This document shows, in pieces, positions 1 through 14,029 of a stretch of DNA of 64,000 bases. The stretch is from Eledone cirrhosa (taxonomy: Eukaryota). Every line of letters starts with the position of its first letter. Positions within the stretch are counted from its first letter, which is position 1. The DNA is taken from assembly GCA_964016885.1 (NCBI GenBank), contig OZ024741.1, positions 336,102,001 to 336,166,000 of the forward strand, written 5' to 3'. A program made the translations under genes and the position numbers. Below the pieces are notes generated by a model. That model did no database searches and was not told the origin of the DNA. It worked only from the letters and a program-made list of their open reading frames with translations.

Positions 1-559
1 TCTCTCTCTCTCTGTCCATCTGTCTGTCTGTCTCTCCCTCTCTCCCTCCCACCTCTCTCTGGCATTTCATCCTTACAAGGTCAATAAAATAAAGTACCAG
101 TAATGCTCTGGTGTCAATTTTATAATTGACTGCCCCTCCTCCTCCTCCTCATCATCATCATCATCATCATCTTCATCATCATGAGCATCATCATCATCAA
201 GAACAGCTTCATCAGCCATCAGATTTTATAGATATAATGAAATGGACAAGTATAGGAATATTCTGCAGAGAACCTTTATATGGGAAAATTGTTCTGTTTG
301 ATAAAACTGACAGTAGAACGTTGAATACTCATAAATGTTAAGCAAAGACTGAAAGATTTTTGTCAATGGAAACATAAATGTTGGTTAAGGTTGAAAGATA
401 TTTCTTAGAAATATATTATAACTATCAAAAATTTCTTATTTTTAAATATCACTTTTCTAAATTTACTTTTGAGTTACTTTAACAATGTACTTTATGCACA
501 CACATGCATACACACACACACACATATATATATATAGATAGATACACACACACACATAC

Positions 560-725
560 ATTGTAAACGTGGTTGGTGTTAGGAAGGGTATCCAGCCGTA
601 GAAAACCCGCCAGACAGTCCTATGCGAGCAAGACAACCACTCTTGCCTCAAGTGGGAAAACTCCTGTCCAAACCCATGCAAGCGCGGAAGATGGACGTTA
701 AACGATGATGATGATGATGATGATG
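560..725 (+). mobile_element. RTE subfamily-B 3'UTR fragment with (ATG)n tail
   Basis: Module ggttggtgttaggaaggg...cccatgcaagcgcggaagatggacgttaaacgatgatg matches the 3'UTR of the RTE copies at 20170-20530 and 44805-45200. Confidence 0.7.
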
Positions 726-919
726 ATATATATATAGATGATGATGATGGTGATGACATATATCATTGTTTAATTTACATTTAACCCATATGAGTATATA
801 CATACACATATCTATATGCACATACATATATAAATATACACATACATGCATACATACACACACACACACACACATATATACATATAAGGTGGTCATGTAG
901 GGGGACATAGTAAAAAGAC

Positions 920-1110
920 TCTCAGTCCACACTGTAAATGTGGTTGGTGTTAGGAAGGGCATCCTGCTGTAAAAAAACCTGCCAGAGACACTACTGTACA
1001 AGTGAGACATGGTCTCCCAACCATTACCGCATCAATTGGAACAAACCCGTCTAACCCATGCTAGCATGGAAGATGGACATTAAATGATGATGATGATGAT
1101 GATGATGATA
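920..1110 (+). mobile_element. RTE-related 3'UTR fragment with (ATG)n tail
   Basis: Same module and terminal stem-loop (cccgtctaacccatgctagcatggaagatggac) followed by gatgatgat. Confidence 0.65.
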
Positions 1111-1366
1111 TCATCAAATTGGACCATGGAAACAATGTTTCCATTGGTCTTTCCAATTGCTAATACTATCTATCGGTCGCAACTCCAGGTAGAAGGAGCA
1201 AGGTGAAATAAAGTGTCTTGCTCAAGGACATAACGCCTCGCCTGGTTCAGGAACCAAACTCACAACCTCACCATTGTGAATCCAAATCTCTTACCACTCA
1301 GCCACGCACTTTCACACTATATACATATATGTTATATTATTTATCTATATTTATATTATATATCCA

Positions 1367-1560
1367 GGGCGGTGGATTGGCAGTATTGGGAGAGGGTCGG
1401 ATGCCATGCTTTGACGTATAGAGTTACGGCCCTTGCCATTCTGAGTTCAAATCCCGCCGAGGTTAACTTTGCCTTTCATCCTTACGGGGGCAATAAAATA
1501 AAGTACCAGTAATGCACTGGGTAATTTGCTGGCCTTGTGCCTAACGTAAAAACAATTATT
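1367..1560 (+). mobile_element. tRNA-derived SINE with Meta-like core domain
   Basis: tRNA-like head (ggcggtggattggcag...gagttcaaatccc B-box), then gcctttcatccttacggggg-aataaaataaagtaccag core and (att)n tail; many copies in the window. Confidence 0.75.
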
Positions 1561-2554
1561 TATCTATATTAATACAAAGGTACTACCCAAGGTTCTGAGG
1601 CCCAAATTTGACCATACCTCCAGAATACAAGAGGCATCAAATTAGTGACCTTTCTTCAGGAGAGGATTGATGAGGTTTAAAATGCCCAATACATGCTGTA
1701 TGTCACAAAGGTGATCCTTATGACTCCATCAGGAGTTTTGGGTCCATACATACATATATACATGCTTGAGTGTGTGTGTGTGTGTATGTCCATGTCTGTG
1801 TTTATGTTTATGTCTCATAACTTAGCAGTTTGATCAAATAGGTTGATAAAGTTAACACCAGTCTTGTGTTCTTGAGCAAGACACTTTATGCTCCAGCGCA
1901 CTCAGCTGAGAGTGAAAACCAACAGTACCTGAGGAGTTAATCCTGAGAAAGACTGTCATCTTGTCCAGGGGAAGAGTTTTGTATTTTCAATCACTTAACG
2001 CCAAGGAAACAAACAATAAACACCAGCCTGATGAGAACTTCGTCTTTGAACATACTTTAACTAACTAACTGATACAATTGACTAAATCCCTTCAAGGTGG
2101 TGCCCCTGTATGACCACAGACTAATAACTGAAAACTAATAAAATAATAAATAAAAGAGAACAGAAATTAATAACAATTTTATTTGTATAGCTAATATTAA
2201 CAGATGACAGACATTCTTTCATGGATATATGAATTTAGTGAGCAGTTCTAGTTAACAGTGTACAAAATGCACATTGGGTGGTTCCTGTCTTCTAAGTAAT
2301 TGAAATTTGATAGAAATATGGTGATTAGAGGGAGAGAGAGATCCACACATGTAATCTAAATCTGAAATAATTCATCATATCAATGGTTTCAGGTGAAATC
2401 AAGGTTAATAATTTATTTTTCTTTCTATATTGAATATAATAATATATATAATATAATAATAATAATAATAGTTTATATGAATTCAGATATGGTGGGCAAC
2501 CTATCACTTATATCGGAGAGATTGAAACATAGTTAATTTGAAAATCACACATAA

Positions 2555-2678
2555 CAACAACAGCAGCAGTAGTAGTCGTAGTAGTAGTAATAGGGAATTA
2601 ATAACCGTAGTAGTGGTCGTAGTAGTAATAGTAGTTGTGGTGGTAGTCGTAGTAGTCGTCGTTGTCATCGTAGTAGTC

Positions 2679-2729
<51 letters not shown>

Positions 2730-2735
2730 ATAGTA
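2555..2735. repeat. (GTA)n trinucleotide microsatellite
   Basis: Directly visible gtagtagta array. Confidence 0.95.
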
Positions 2736-2811
2736 GGGAATTAGCAAAACTTAATATATACTATCATATATATTTATTTGATGCAATATTATACCCTTTA
2801 ATACATGCATA

Positions 2812-5745
2812 TATCATCATCATCATCATCATTATCATCGTTTTACGTCCGCTCTTCCCTGCTTGCAAGGGTGGGACGGGTCTTATTCAGCACAGCATCT
2901 CTCCACTTGTCACGTTCCTTCGTCATCTCCACCGTGAGCTTCAGCGATCTGAGGTCTATTCTCACCACCTCCGCCCATGTTTTTCGTGATCTACCTCTAC
3001 CACGTCTTCCTTCAATTGGCATTTCCTGGCACTTCTTCACCCATCGGTCATCCTCCATGCGCATCACATGTCCATACCACCTCAGTCTCCTCTCTCGTAC
3101 ACTACATTCTATCCCTCTCAGACACAGTTTCTCTCTCAACACATTCATGCTGGGTCGTTCACGCACATTGACACTGCACATCCAACGGAGCATGCTTGCC
3201 TCCTTTCTCTCCTGCCATCCCATATCCTCTGCAGTTGCTGCCCATGTCTCACTACCATGCAACATCGCGCTCTTCACACAGGCATCATATAACCGGCCTT
3301 TCGTACGCAGGGAGAAACCCTTCTTCGTCAGCAGAGGAAGCAGCTCCCTAAACTTCTTCCAACCCGTCTTATTCTAGATACTATGGCCTCGGAACACCCC
3401 CCTCCCATGCTAATCTGATCTCCTAGGTACTGGAAGCTATCCACCAGTTCTATAGCACCTTCCTGCATTTGAAAAATGTGTCTATCAATGCAACTTCTAC
3501 TGTCTAATTTCCCTGTACATCTACTGCATACATATTTCTCCCTACCTGTTAGTTTGCCTGCTATCCCACTACATCTCTTGTGTACCAAGGATCTGCATTG
3601 TGTGCATTTTATAGAATTTATGCCAGTTCCTTTTCTGCATATCGAACATGGCCATTTCCCTGACGGAATCAGAGTTTGTCCTCTTTTCTACTCATCAACA
3701 CTTTTGTCTTAGCTAGGTTCACTCTCAATCCTCTTGCTTCCAACTGCTGTTTCCATAGCCAGAATTTATTCTCTAGCTCCTCTACTGATTCTGCTATAAG
3801 AATCAGATCGTCAGCATAGAGAAGTTCCCATGGACAGCGAGTCTTAAACTCCTCTGTTATGGCTTGGAGGACTATAATGAACAAGAGCGGGCTGAGGACC
3901 GAACCTTGATGTACTCCTACTTGTATCTGGAATTCCTCACTAAACTCCATTCCTACCCTGACTTTACTGACAGCACCTCTGTACAAAGTTTGCACTGTCC
4001 TCACAAGCCATTCCTCAACACCTAGTTTCCTTAGGGACCACCAGATGACAGATCGGGGTATCCTATCAAAGGCCTTCTCTAGGTCAACAAAGGCTAAGTA
4101 TAGTGGCTTATTTTTCTCTAAGAACCTCTTTGCAATTGCCTCAACAAGAAGAGGGCATCTGTTGTACTCTTCCCAGGCACAAAACAAAACTGCATCTCAT
4201 CTAGTTTGACCCTTTCACTAATTAGTTGTGCTAATATCCTTTCTGCCACTTTCATAACCTGATCCATCAGTTTTATACCCCTATAATTGCTCCTCTCCAG
4301 AGTATCCCCTTTATCTTTGTAGCAATTTATGAGAATACTGCTGCACCAGTCTTTGGGTATGACACCACCATATATAGCCTGATTGATGATGCATGCAACC
4401 AGTTTAGTGCCTACGTCCCCTGATGCCTTCAGCATCTCAGCAACTATTCTCGATGGTCCAGCAGCCTTACCATTTTTCATTTCCTTAATCACCTCTTGGA
4501 CCCTATATTCGTCAATCGCAATAGCTGGTCCCTCTGTTGGATCTATTGAGGGTAATTTCTCTCTTCGCATTCGTTCTCCACATTCATCAGTCTCTCATAA
4601 TGACATTTCCAGGCCTCCTTTTTCTGATCATTTGTGACACTAAGTACACCGGCATCGTTCCGGACACATTTATCTCCAACAACATCCTGATTTGCATTGA
4701 CACACTGCCTTGCAATGTGGAACACCGGACGCCTCTGATCTTCTCATCGCAGAACATTGGCAAACCTCCTACTCTCAGCCTCCCTGCGTGCTAAGTACAC
4801 CTGACGTCTAGCTTCTCTCTTAGCGGCTGTATATTCTTCCCTACTTCCACCCTTTTTCCCAGCCTTCCATGCTAGTCTTTTGTCTCTAATGGCCTTATCT
4901 ACTGTGCTGTTCCACCACCAGGTCACTCTCTGTCTGGTTAGAGCTTTGCTCCAGCCACAAGTTTCATCAGTAGCCTTAAGTTGTCACGCAAGAAATTCCA
5001 GTTATTATCTATGTCATACGTCTCTAAATCATCTTCTTTTTCGTCATACACATCTTGAAGGGCTTTCCTAAATTTGTATTTTAGTGAAAGGTCTTTTAGC
5101 TTCCAGACCTTTCTTCTCCACACCTTCCTGTATGTCTCATTCCATCTCTTGCTTACTGAGATATCACTAACAACTAACCTATGCTGTGGGGTACATTCTT
5201 CCCCAGGGTATGCCTTGGTATTAGACACTATCTGCCTGTCCCGCTGCCTAACTAGTAAGAAGTCAATCTGGCTTATGTGCTCGCCAGATTTGTAGGTTGT
5301 TAGGTGGATGGTAGGTGTCTGGAAGTTTGTGTTGCAAATAGTCAGTGTTCTTGTATCACAAAATTCAAGAAGTTTCACTCCTTCTTCACTTCTTGAGCCC
5401 TAACCGTCCCCACCATGTACCCCAGTGTAACCATCCTGGAGCTGTCCAACATGACCATTGAAGTCCCCTGCTAGCATAACGATGTCTCCGTCTTCTCTCA
5501 TCGCGGTTGTTTGTAAAAGTTGCTCGTAAAAGCAGTCTTTCTCATCTTTGCCTAGGCCTGCTTGGGGAGCATAGGCAGAGATGATTGTCAGTAGTCTCCT
5601 GCCTACAACTAATCTAAGCTTAATTATTCGATTACTAACTCGAACTACCTCTATTGTCTTATTGATTCATCTCTCAGCCAGGAAAATGCCTACTCCCCCT
5701 AAACCACCATCCTTACCTACACAGAAAAACTTATAGCTAAGATGT
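2812..5745 (-). mobile_element. RTE-clade LINE, subfamily A, degraded (APE endonuclease + RT + PHD finger)
   Basis: Minus-strand ORF fragments with RTE motifs [50 protein letters not shown]; (ATG)n tail at 2812-2838; multiple frameshifts and stops. Confidence 0.95.
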
Positions 5746-5845
5746 TTGTATATATATATACAACCAGAAAACCTGTCGAGTGCTCCTGAATCAGTTATAA
5801 ACATTTATATCTGTTGAATTACCAACAAATTGAATATCCCTTCTG

Positions 5846-5880
<35 letters not shown>

Positions 5881-6163
5881 ATTCTGTATGAGCAAGACAT
5901 GGTCACCTGACCTGGCATTACTCACAACAGGACAATTCTTCTAACCCATGCTACCATGAAATAATGGATGTTAAACGGTGGTGATGATGGTGATAATGAT
6001 GATATGTGTGTGTATGTGTGTATGCATGTATGTATGTCTATAGCTGGCTCTAAAAATGACGGATACAGTATGTCTGATGGTCTTCCATACAGTATCTGTC
6101 TACCCAATTTCATCCACATTTAGAACAATCTATGGCTGTATAATCGAACCTGGAAACCTGATT

Positions 6164-6628
6164 TCATAGATCCCTGGGCATGGATTCATTAAAGCTCCGA
6201 TACCTGGCAACTGACTTGGTAAACACCCACAAAATTATTAACCATCTTGCCAACAACAACCCTGAGTACCTTTTTGATTTCCATGTGTCTAACACCTGTG
6301 GGCATGCCCACAAAGTCAGAAAACAGCACAGCTCCCATGACTTTCGGAAACATTTTTTCACGCTCAGAGTTGCTGAAGCATGGAACAAACTACCTGCATC
6401 AGTTGTTAGCTGTTGAGACACTGCATCCTTTAAAACCTCCATGCTTCCTGAGATTCGCCAACACTACACCTAATATTCCCCCTCCATAAACATGCACACA
6501 TGTATATCATGACTCATACACCATTCACTTCCCTGACATTTGTATATTATTCTATGTACTATACATGCACCTTTGACGAGTTGTAGTGCATCTGAGCACT
6601 TTACACAATAATTTCATTATTATTATTA
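6164..6628 (+). mobile_element. CR1-group LINE 3' fragment
   Basis: ORF 6180-6416 (...FRKHFFTLRVAEAWNKLP) is near-identical to the C-terminus of ORF2 at 39056-41632; (att)n tail. Confidence 0.9.
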
Positions 6629-6629
6629 A

Positions 6630-6820
6630 ACCGGTGGATTGGCAGTATCGGTAGAGAGTCAGACGCCATGCTTTCCAGCATAGTTACGTCCCTTTACGGT
6701 CTGAGTTCAAATCCCGCCGAGGTTCACTTTGCCTTTCATCCTTACGGGGTTGATAAAATAAAGTACCAGTAATGTACTGGGTAATTGCTGGCCCTGTGCC
6801 AAAAGTAGAAACAATTATTA
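6630..6820 (+). mobile_element. Meta-like tRNA SINE
   Basis: Same family as 1367-1560. Confidence 0.75.
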
Positions 6821-7283
6821 CAACTTCTTAACCACTCAACCATGCCTCTAATTAAATAGATGATACTCCCATTGTAACATACATACATTTCTTTTAAACC
6901 AGTTTATCTGTTTTTAACAGATTATTTTTTAGTATTTTCATATAGATATCTGTTATTTAAAATATTCAGATATGAATATCAGAACATTAAGTTTATCATC
7001 TTACTATTATATTATAATTCTTTTTGAATTTCCTAACACTCTATTTCTACTGTTATCTGGAAATTATATAGAAACTTTGATGTTTATTGTTGCAATAGAT
7101 CAGCATTTCCCAGCCATTTTTGCATCATTGCCCACTTTCACATGGAAAATTTTCCACATTCCACCTGTATAGTAAATATTCAAAAGCATACTGAAAATGT
7201 TTGAAAAAGTTTGTTACTAGTTCATTATTCACATTTAGCCTCCTGTGTTTTTTTAATACAGGTTCTTTGCATATCTCCTTTAA

Positions 7284-7500
7284 TCCTTTAGCATTTACAT
7301 TACACTTATATACAGTATTTTCACAGTAAACACTTTATCTCACATAATTATCTCACATAATATCGATTCTATCAGATTTTGCTATTATTTATTTTGAGAA
7401 CAATACCATAGCATCAGTATGAGCGGCTAGTTATGGCTTGTTTGAACAGAAAATGGGGAGAGAATTCTGGCCGGATATGGCTGGCTTATTTGCTAAAGGG
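7284..7500. mobile_element. piggyBac-type MITE
   Basis: TTAA on both sides (7280-7283, 7501-7504), TIR (t)cctttagca / tgctaaaggg; second copy at 27314-27538. Confidence 0.8.
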
Positions 7501-7830
7501 TTAAATATTTTTTTTCTGGTAGCATATGTTACAATACTTTCTTAATGCTCAAAATCCTATATCATCTCCCAAAATTTCCAGTTGCACACCATTCTCTGTT
7601 CAGTTGCTCATCATCCACCCAACAGTTGAAATCACCCACTGGTGGGCAATATCACTCAGGTTAGAAAACCCTGGTATAGATGAACACATATCTAACAACC
7701 AATACCAAGTCACAGTGTAAGTTATATAGTTACAGTATAGGTAAATGCAAATGTAGCTAGTCATATAGTATTGATGATTACATATGTTACATATTGATGA
7801 TTACATATAGTTACAGTATATATATTATAT

Positions 7831-8048
7831 CTGGCATGTAAAACATGTGGCCCATGGACTGCATGTCGCCCTTTACAAGCACACCTGCGGCCCGCACAAA
7901 GTTTTTTACAGCGCGAGCATGTTTTCTCTTTGTAATATGAAATAAAAAATTGTGTTGTAATGTGTATAATTAGTTGTCATCTGTGGCCCTCAGATAACAC
8001 ATATGTGACCCATGTGGCTCTCGGGGGACCCTCAGTTTGACATGCCTG
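7831..8048. mobile_element. hAT-type MITE
   Basis: TIRs ctggcatgtaaaac / gtttgacatgcctg flanked by an 8-bp TSD tattatat; internal ggccc-rich subterminal motifs. Confidence 0.8.
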
Positions 8049-8277
8049 TATTATATTACTGATAAATCAAAATTGTGGCTTCAATAGGGCTGATACGAAT
8101 CGAATTATTTGAGGTAGTCTCAATGCAGTCAACGATGTGAAAAGTTAAACATTTTCTCACACAGAGTTAACACATAAAGTTATATAAGTGTGACACCATG
8201 AATAAATTGACTAGGTGTACATGGCCATAGTATATGGCCACAACAATGACAAATATGAACAGGTAGAAGACTAATAT

Positions 8278-8530
8278 CAACATCATCATCATCGTTTAAC
8301 GTCTATCTTCCACGCTAGCATGGGTTTAGACAGGAATTGTCCCACGTAAGGCAAGATTGGCTGTCTTGCTCGTACAGGACTGTCTGGCGGGTTCTCTACA
8401 GCTGGATGCCCTTCCTAACACCAACCACGTTTACAGTGTGGACTGGGAGTTGTTTACCGTGTTACCTACATGGCCACATTACAGTGTGGACTGTGTGTTT
8501 TTTTTGTCGTGATACCTTAGAGATTTGATC
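8278..8530 (-). mobile_element. RTE subfamily-B 3'UTR fragment
   Basis: Reverse complement of the RTE-B 3'UTR with (CAT)n. Confidence 0.7.
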
Positions 8531-9047
8531 TTAGAGAGCAGAGAGCCAGAATGAATACCACAAAGTTTCTGTCTGACATTTTAACAACATACCTAGGTTT
8601 ATATAGTTACATATGTAACTATAGTTATATACTAATATTAGAGATAAAAACCTGTAACTGAAGGTATACTCTTTGAATATTAACGATGGGATGACCAAAC
8701 ATATTATTTCCATGAGATCACAATATAAAACTTAACAAACTTGCAACAAGCATATCTTGTTAACTGGATATAAAATTATTGATGAAACTCTAGCAAATGT
8801 AATAATACATTATTGATGTGTATTTATTTCACTGGAATGCTTGAAGCATGCAGGTCATGCCTCAAGTATGGAAGTCATTGATTTAATACGTAATTAAGTG
8901 CAATGTTATAGAGAACATATTATTGGAGATAATACTGTTAGAAGTCTCATGAAGTATCTTTACACTCTAAAATCTAATTTGCTCTGATTTCTTTCAGAAA
9001 CATTACAGTAAATAAACAAATGAAATAATAAATTAAAAAAACTGGAA

Positions 9048-9086
<39 letters not shown>

Positions 9087-9132
9087 TATATTAATATATA
9101 TATATTAATTTATATATGTATGTGCATATGCA

Positions 9133-9209
<77 letters not shown>

Positions 9210-10787
9210 AGTGTGTATGCATGTGTGTAATATAAAGTAACGTAAAATAATTAAATGAAATAGATGGTGTTAAAAAATTAATTAATGTTATAACTAGCTT
9301 AGCTTTTTATCAGACTAGATTAACTGGAAGATTAATTACCTTCCAAAAGTCTAATTAAGCGGATAATCAAATGATGAAGCTGAGAAAGAAAACAAACAAC
9401 ATCTTAGAGAGTTTGTTCGATTTTCCTGCAGAGGTGATGAAGGTTAGGAAAGAAGTTAAAAGCAAAAATGAAATATGGTGCTACTGCATATCTTGCATCA
9501 GTGTGCACATTCCTTGACAATCTTGTTCGCTTCTGCTGATTGGTCTTTTGGAGAAAATGTGAGGATTTTATACTTTATTTTATTGTTATTGTATTTTATT
9601 ACTATTTTTCTATTATTATTATTATCATCACCATCATCATCACGATGTTGATGATGACCACCACCATCATCATCATCATCATTATTATTATTAGTAGTAT
9701 ATTTTTTTCTTTGTGTACTACCAAAATGATGTTGTCATTCTTGAATAATTTTCCTTTTTGTTCTTCTTGTATAGTAACACTCCCCACACCGTTCCACCCA
9801 GCCCACTTCACTCCACTACACCATTCCTCTATAACTAAGACTAAACATTGTTTGTTTTTTTAAGGATACTTTTTCGTAGTTCCAGATATGTGGAACTAAT
9901 TAAGCAATAAGGTAGCTTCTGATTGAAGAAAATGGAATTAGCTTTTGTCTTTGACTTCTGTATTTTTTTTTTTTTGTGGTGGTGGTGGATGATTCAAGCT
10001 TTGCGTTCATACAATATTTACTTAGGAAATTTTTACCTTAAAAATATCTTGTTATCAAAAGCTCAATCAGAAGTGTTTATGTCTTTATATATAATAGATA
10101 TACTTTCCTACTGCTGTAATTGTAATCTTATACACTATACCCATACTTGCAAATTAGTGTATGTGTATATTTTCTCAAATAATATATGTGTATTATATAT
10201 CTATGTATATATCATCATCATCGTTTAACGTCTTATTTTCCATGCTTGAATGTGTTGATATTGTTTCTTTATGGGACAGCCCCTGTATGTATACAGGGGC
10301 TGGCTGCCAAAGGAACTTCAACACATTCTGCTATCCCCTGTATCAGAATTGTAGTCCTTCAGTGAAATATGTATCATAAATAAACCTAGATCAACTGCTT
10401 ATGGCCAATCTTTTTAATACTATGTAATGTTCTGGCTTGTACCATCTATACAGGTTGTTGAGCACTTCATTTTACCTGCATCTCTGCCAACTGAATGAAA
10501 TGTGGCCTGCATATACCTGTATGAAATATAATGTGTATTTTGAACAATGAAAATAAAACAAAAGCCAGATGTTAGTTGTTAAGCGTACTTCCTTGTTTTA
10601 CGATCATTTAAGAGGGCTGATTGGTCATGGTAAATTGAATGATAAGATACCAGGTAGTAGTGGTTACGTCACCAGTTATTTTTAGTGTCAATATTTGAGA
10701 TCAATCATTTTGTCTTCCTCAGAAAAAAAAAATATATGTATATTCATTAAATTATCTTTATCTTATTCTTGTTAAGTTTACACTATA

Positions 10788-11122
10788 TCATCATCATCAT
10801 TTTACGTCCACTTTTCCCTGCTTGCAAGGGTGGGACGGGAACTGATTCTGGCTTGATTTCTACAGCTGGATACCCTTCCTAACACCAACCTCATTTACAG
10901 TGAGTGCTGGGTGCTTTTTTCCATGGCACCTCCACGACCACTTTGCAGTGGAATGATAGGGACCCCTGTCCCTATCATCGCATTTCTACAGCTGAGTAAA
11001 CTGGAGCAATGTGAAATAAAGTGTCTTGCTCAAGGAAACAACACATCACCTGGTCTGAGAATTGAACTCACAACCTTTCGATTGCAAGGCGAATGCTCTA
11101 ACCACTAAGCCATGTGCCTCCA
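10788..11122 (-). mobile_element. tRNA-derived SINE (V-domain-like) with RTE-A 3' tail
   Basis: tRNA head (ggcttagtggttagagc...gagttcaattc), ccttgagcaagacactttatttcacattgctccag core, tail near-identical to the RTE-A end; copies at 19260, 22072, 30233, 63155. Confidence 0.85.
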
Positions 11123-11205
11123 TATATATATATATATATTACCTTAAATATTGAGTACTTTGGTGCGTTATGGTCCATCTGGTTCCGTATCACATTTCCC
11201 TCGTT

Positions 11206-11244
<39 letters not shown>

Positions 11245-12683
11245 TATACATACATGTGTGTGTCTGTTATACATTGTGATAGTGTGCATTTTAATGTGAG
11301 TTAGGTTTCGCATGTCTTAAAATCTAAATATACATGCTCATGTACATATACACATATGTATAGTATAATAATACACAATTCTAATTTTATATATATATAT
11401 ACATATATATGTTATTATATATATATATACATGTTGTGGAAAAATGGACGTAAAACGATGATGATGATGATATATATATATATATATATATGTGTATATA
11501 TATATATAATATATGATATATATATATAATATATTATATATATAATATTATATATATATTATATATATATTATATATATATATATATTATATATATATTA
11601 TGTATATTATATATATATTATATATATTATATATATTATATATATATTATTTATATTATATATCTATTATATATATATTATATATATATAATATATATTT
11701 ATATAAATGTATATTAAATTATTTATTTAATTCTTCAGAATGAAACCATATTACTGTTGTGTTCAATACAGAGACAAAATTCTGATAAGATCTAGCAAGA
11801 TTTGTGATATTATTTTCCCTTCCATGAAATGTTTCACTTTGTGACCCTTTTATAATCATGTTACAAGTTTTGTGAGGATTTCTTCATTACTGAATATACG
11901 ACTTCGCTAGTTCACAAGACACCACTCCAGGGGAGTTGTATTAACCATGCACGCAAGTCTTTGCTTGCTTTTTCATGGATTCTCCATATAATTTGCTTAT
12001 GTTATGTTATTTTCGCCCAATTTCCCAGAGTATTTGATGTATTAACATAGGTGATGGTAGTTGGAAGAATGTATGTCGTGTTCCACATTCAATTTATTTA
12101 TTTATTTATCATTATTATTATTTCTTTTATTTATTTTTTTTTTACATCAAGAATAAACAGCATGATTGATACTTAAGCGAACTTCATCATACAAATATAA
12201 ATCAAATTATTTTTTGGGAGTTGTAGCGCCACTAAATCTCTCCACCCCCACAACAACAATAACAACACCAACAACAACAAAAAATAAGTAAAATAAAATT
12301 AGTTGAATAGTTAAATGTATTGAACTTAGCACCCTGCTGAAAAATATTCGAAGCTAATACAAAATTGGCAGAAATTAAGAGGAGGTAAAAGTTCCAACAA
12401 AGATTACTTTCTTCAATAATTCTTGGAATAGTTTTTAAAAGGATGAGGAGCATCCAAGTGTAATTGAAAAATCTTAGTGAGGTTTTAAATAAGATTTGGA
12501 GTATTTTTGTTTTTGCTTTTTAAACAACCTAAATATCTCCTCGTGGCATCAACATAAATGACGTACAAAATAAAAATCTCTGGGATCACACAAAGGCAAT
12601 ATATATATATAGACACGCATGTATATACATATATATAGACACACATGTATATATATATATACACACACATATATGTATATATA

Positions 12684-12863
12684 TAACAAAGAGGGTGTGG
12701 AAAGATACCAGGTGGACCATAACACACCAGAGTACTCAATACTTAGGGTAGTAGAGTGGGTAATAGGAAAAGAGTTGGGACTCCGACGGCGGAGCTCCGG
12801 TCGTTTTCGATCTAGCTGTCAAAACAGCAGGAGCTCAGCCATCAGGGTCCCAACTATTTTTCT

Positions 12864-12866
<3 letters not shown>
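12684..12866. repeat. Asymmetric fold-back repeat element
   Basis: agttgggactccgacggcggagctccggtcgtttt / aaaacagcaggagctcagccatcagggtcccaact imperfect inverted repeat; related copy at 63812-63945. Confidence 0.6.
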
Positions 12867-12894
<28 letters not shown>

Positions 12895-12897
<3 letters not shown>

Positions 12898-13456
12898 AGT
12901 GAGATCTGTCCATGCCTTGAACCTTGGATGACACCTAAAGGTCAAACTCTAGGTCACCACCCTTTTGGTGTGAACAGGTTCATGCGTGGGCTATCCCCTC
13001 AAGCTGGGAAACAGAAAGGGACAGGTATATAAAGCCTGTATCCTCCCACGTTTATACAGAGAGATCGGAGTATTACGCTAGCAACAAACTATGTAAAGAT
13101 ACACTGCTACCTTCAGGCCCCAGAGGTCTACAGACATACAGACAGATCGGAGCAGTACGCTATTACAAGCTTTGTGAAAGATTCACCGTTATCTACAGGC
13201 CACAGTGGTCTACAGACAACTACAGACCATTATCTCTCTCTCTTGGCGCAGACTAAACCAGCCTCATGAACCAACAACAAAAGTAACGTTGTCAACCTTT
13301 GCAAATCGTGGTAATATGTTTTTTGACTCAAGTGAAGTAAACCATTTATATATAAACTAAATCTTTATTCTTGTTATTACATCTAACAATTATGTTAATA
13401 CCATCTAACTATTTCTTACTAATACCCTTTGTTAAATTGGTGAACCCGACGTGATT
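12895..13456 (+). mobile_element. Gypsy-like LTR with tRNA-Trp-type primer binding site
   Basis: Starts TGTAGT, TATA-like gtatataaagcc (~13025), internal tandem duplication, followed at 13438 by tggtgaacccgacgtgat (one mismatch to the tRNA-Trp PBS tggtgaccccgacgtgat); no gag or pol recognisable downstream. Confidence 0.7.
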
Positions 13457-14029
13457 TAAAAAAAAAAAACGAAGTGATATTTTAAAAACAAAGAAAACCA
13501 CACGCAACCTTTTTGATCATGGCTTCTTTTGCCAATATCAACAACTTTCTCTTACCAAGCTTCTCATCTATATTCTACGATATGATAAAACTTCACTTTT
13601 TCGAATTATTCACCAAACTTCCATTCTACGGAATATTTATCAGTAACTTCGCTTTTATGTTTCGATTCATTACCAAACACTTCACCACTTGCTTCGTAAT
13701 TTCCAACAACAGTCAATATTACTAGCTTCCTAGCAAGAACAATTATATAAATGTTTTTTTTTTGCTTTTTTTTTTACAGGTTATATATGAATGTTCATTT
13801 TATTTTTTTCACTATATTATATGCCTGTATCAACATACACGTTTTGCATCAAACACACATCATTTTCTTTGACACACCAACATGTTTTTGTTTATGGTAT
13901 AATCTGGATTCGTTTGTGTCTCAGCGAGATCACTTTTCAATTGGTCGAGGTACGGCAACAGCTATTAAACTCATGAGAAACTAACCCACGGTTACTACTC
14001 GCTTTGACTCACTCAAGCACGCAACTCAA

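Noticed and set aside
126-341. His-rich 71-aa ORF
   Set aside because: (CAT)n microsatellite following a SINE remnant
2022-2062. cctgatgagaac hammerhead-like start
   Set aside because: No GAAA or stem III; looks like the 3' end of an old SINE
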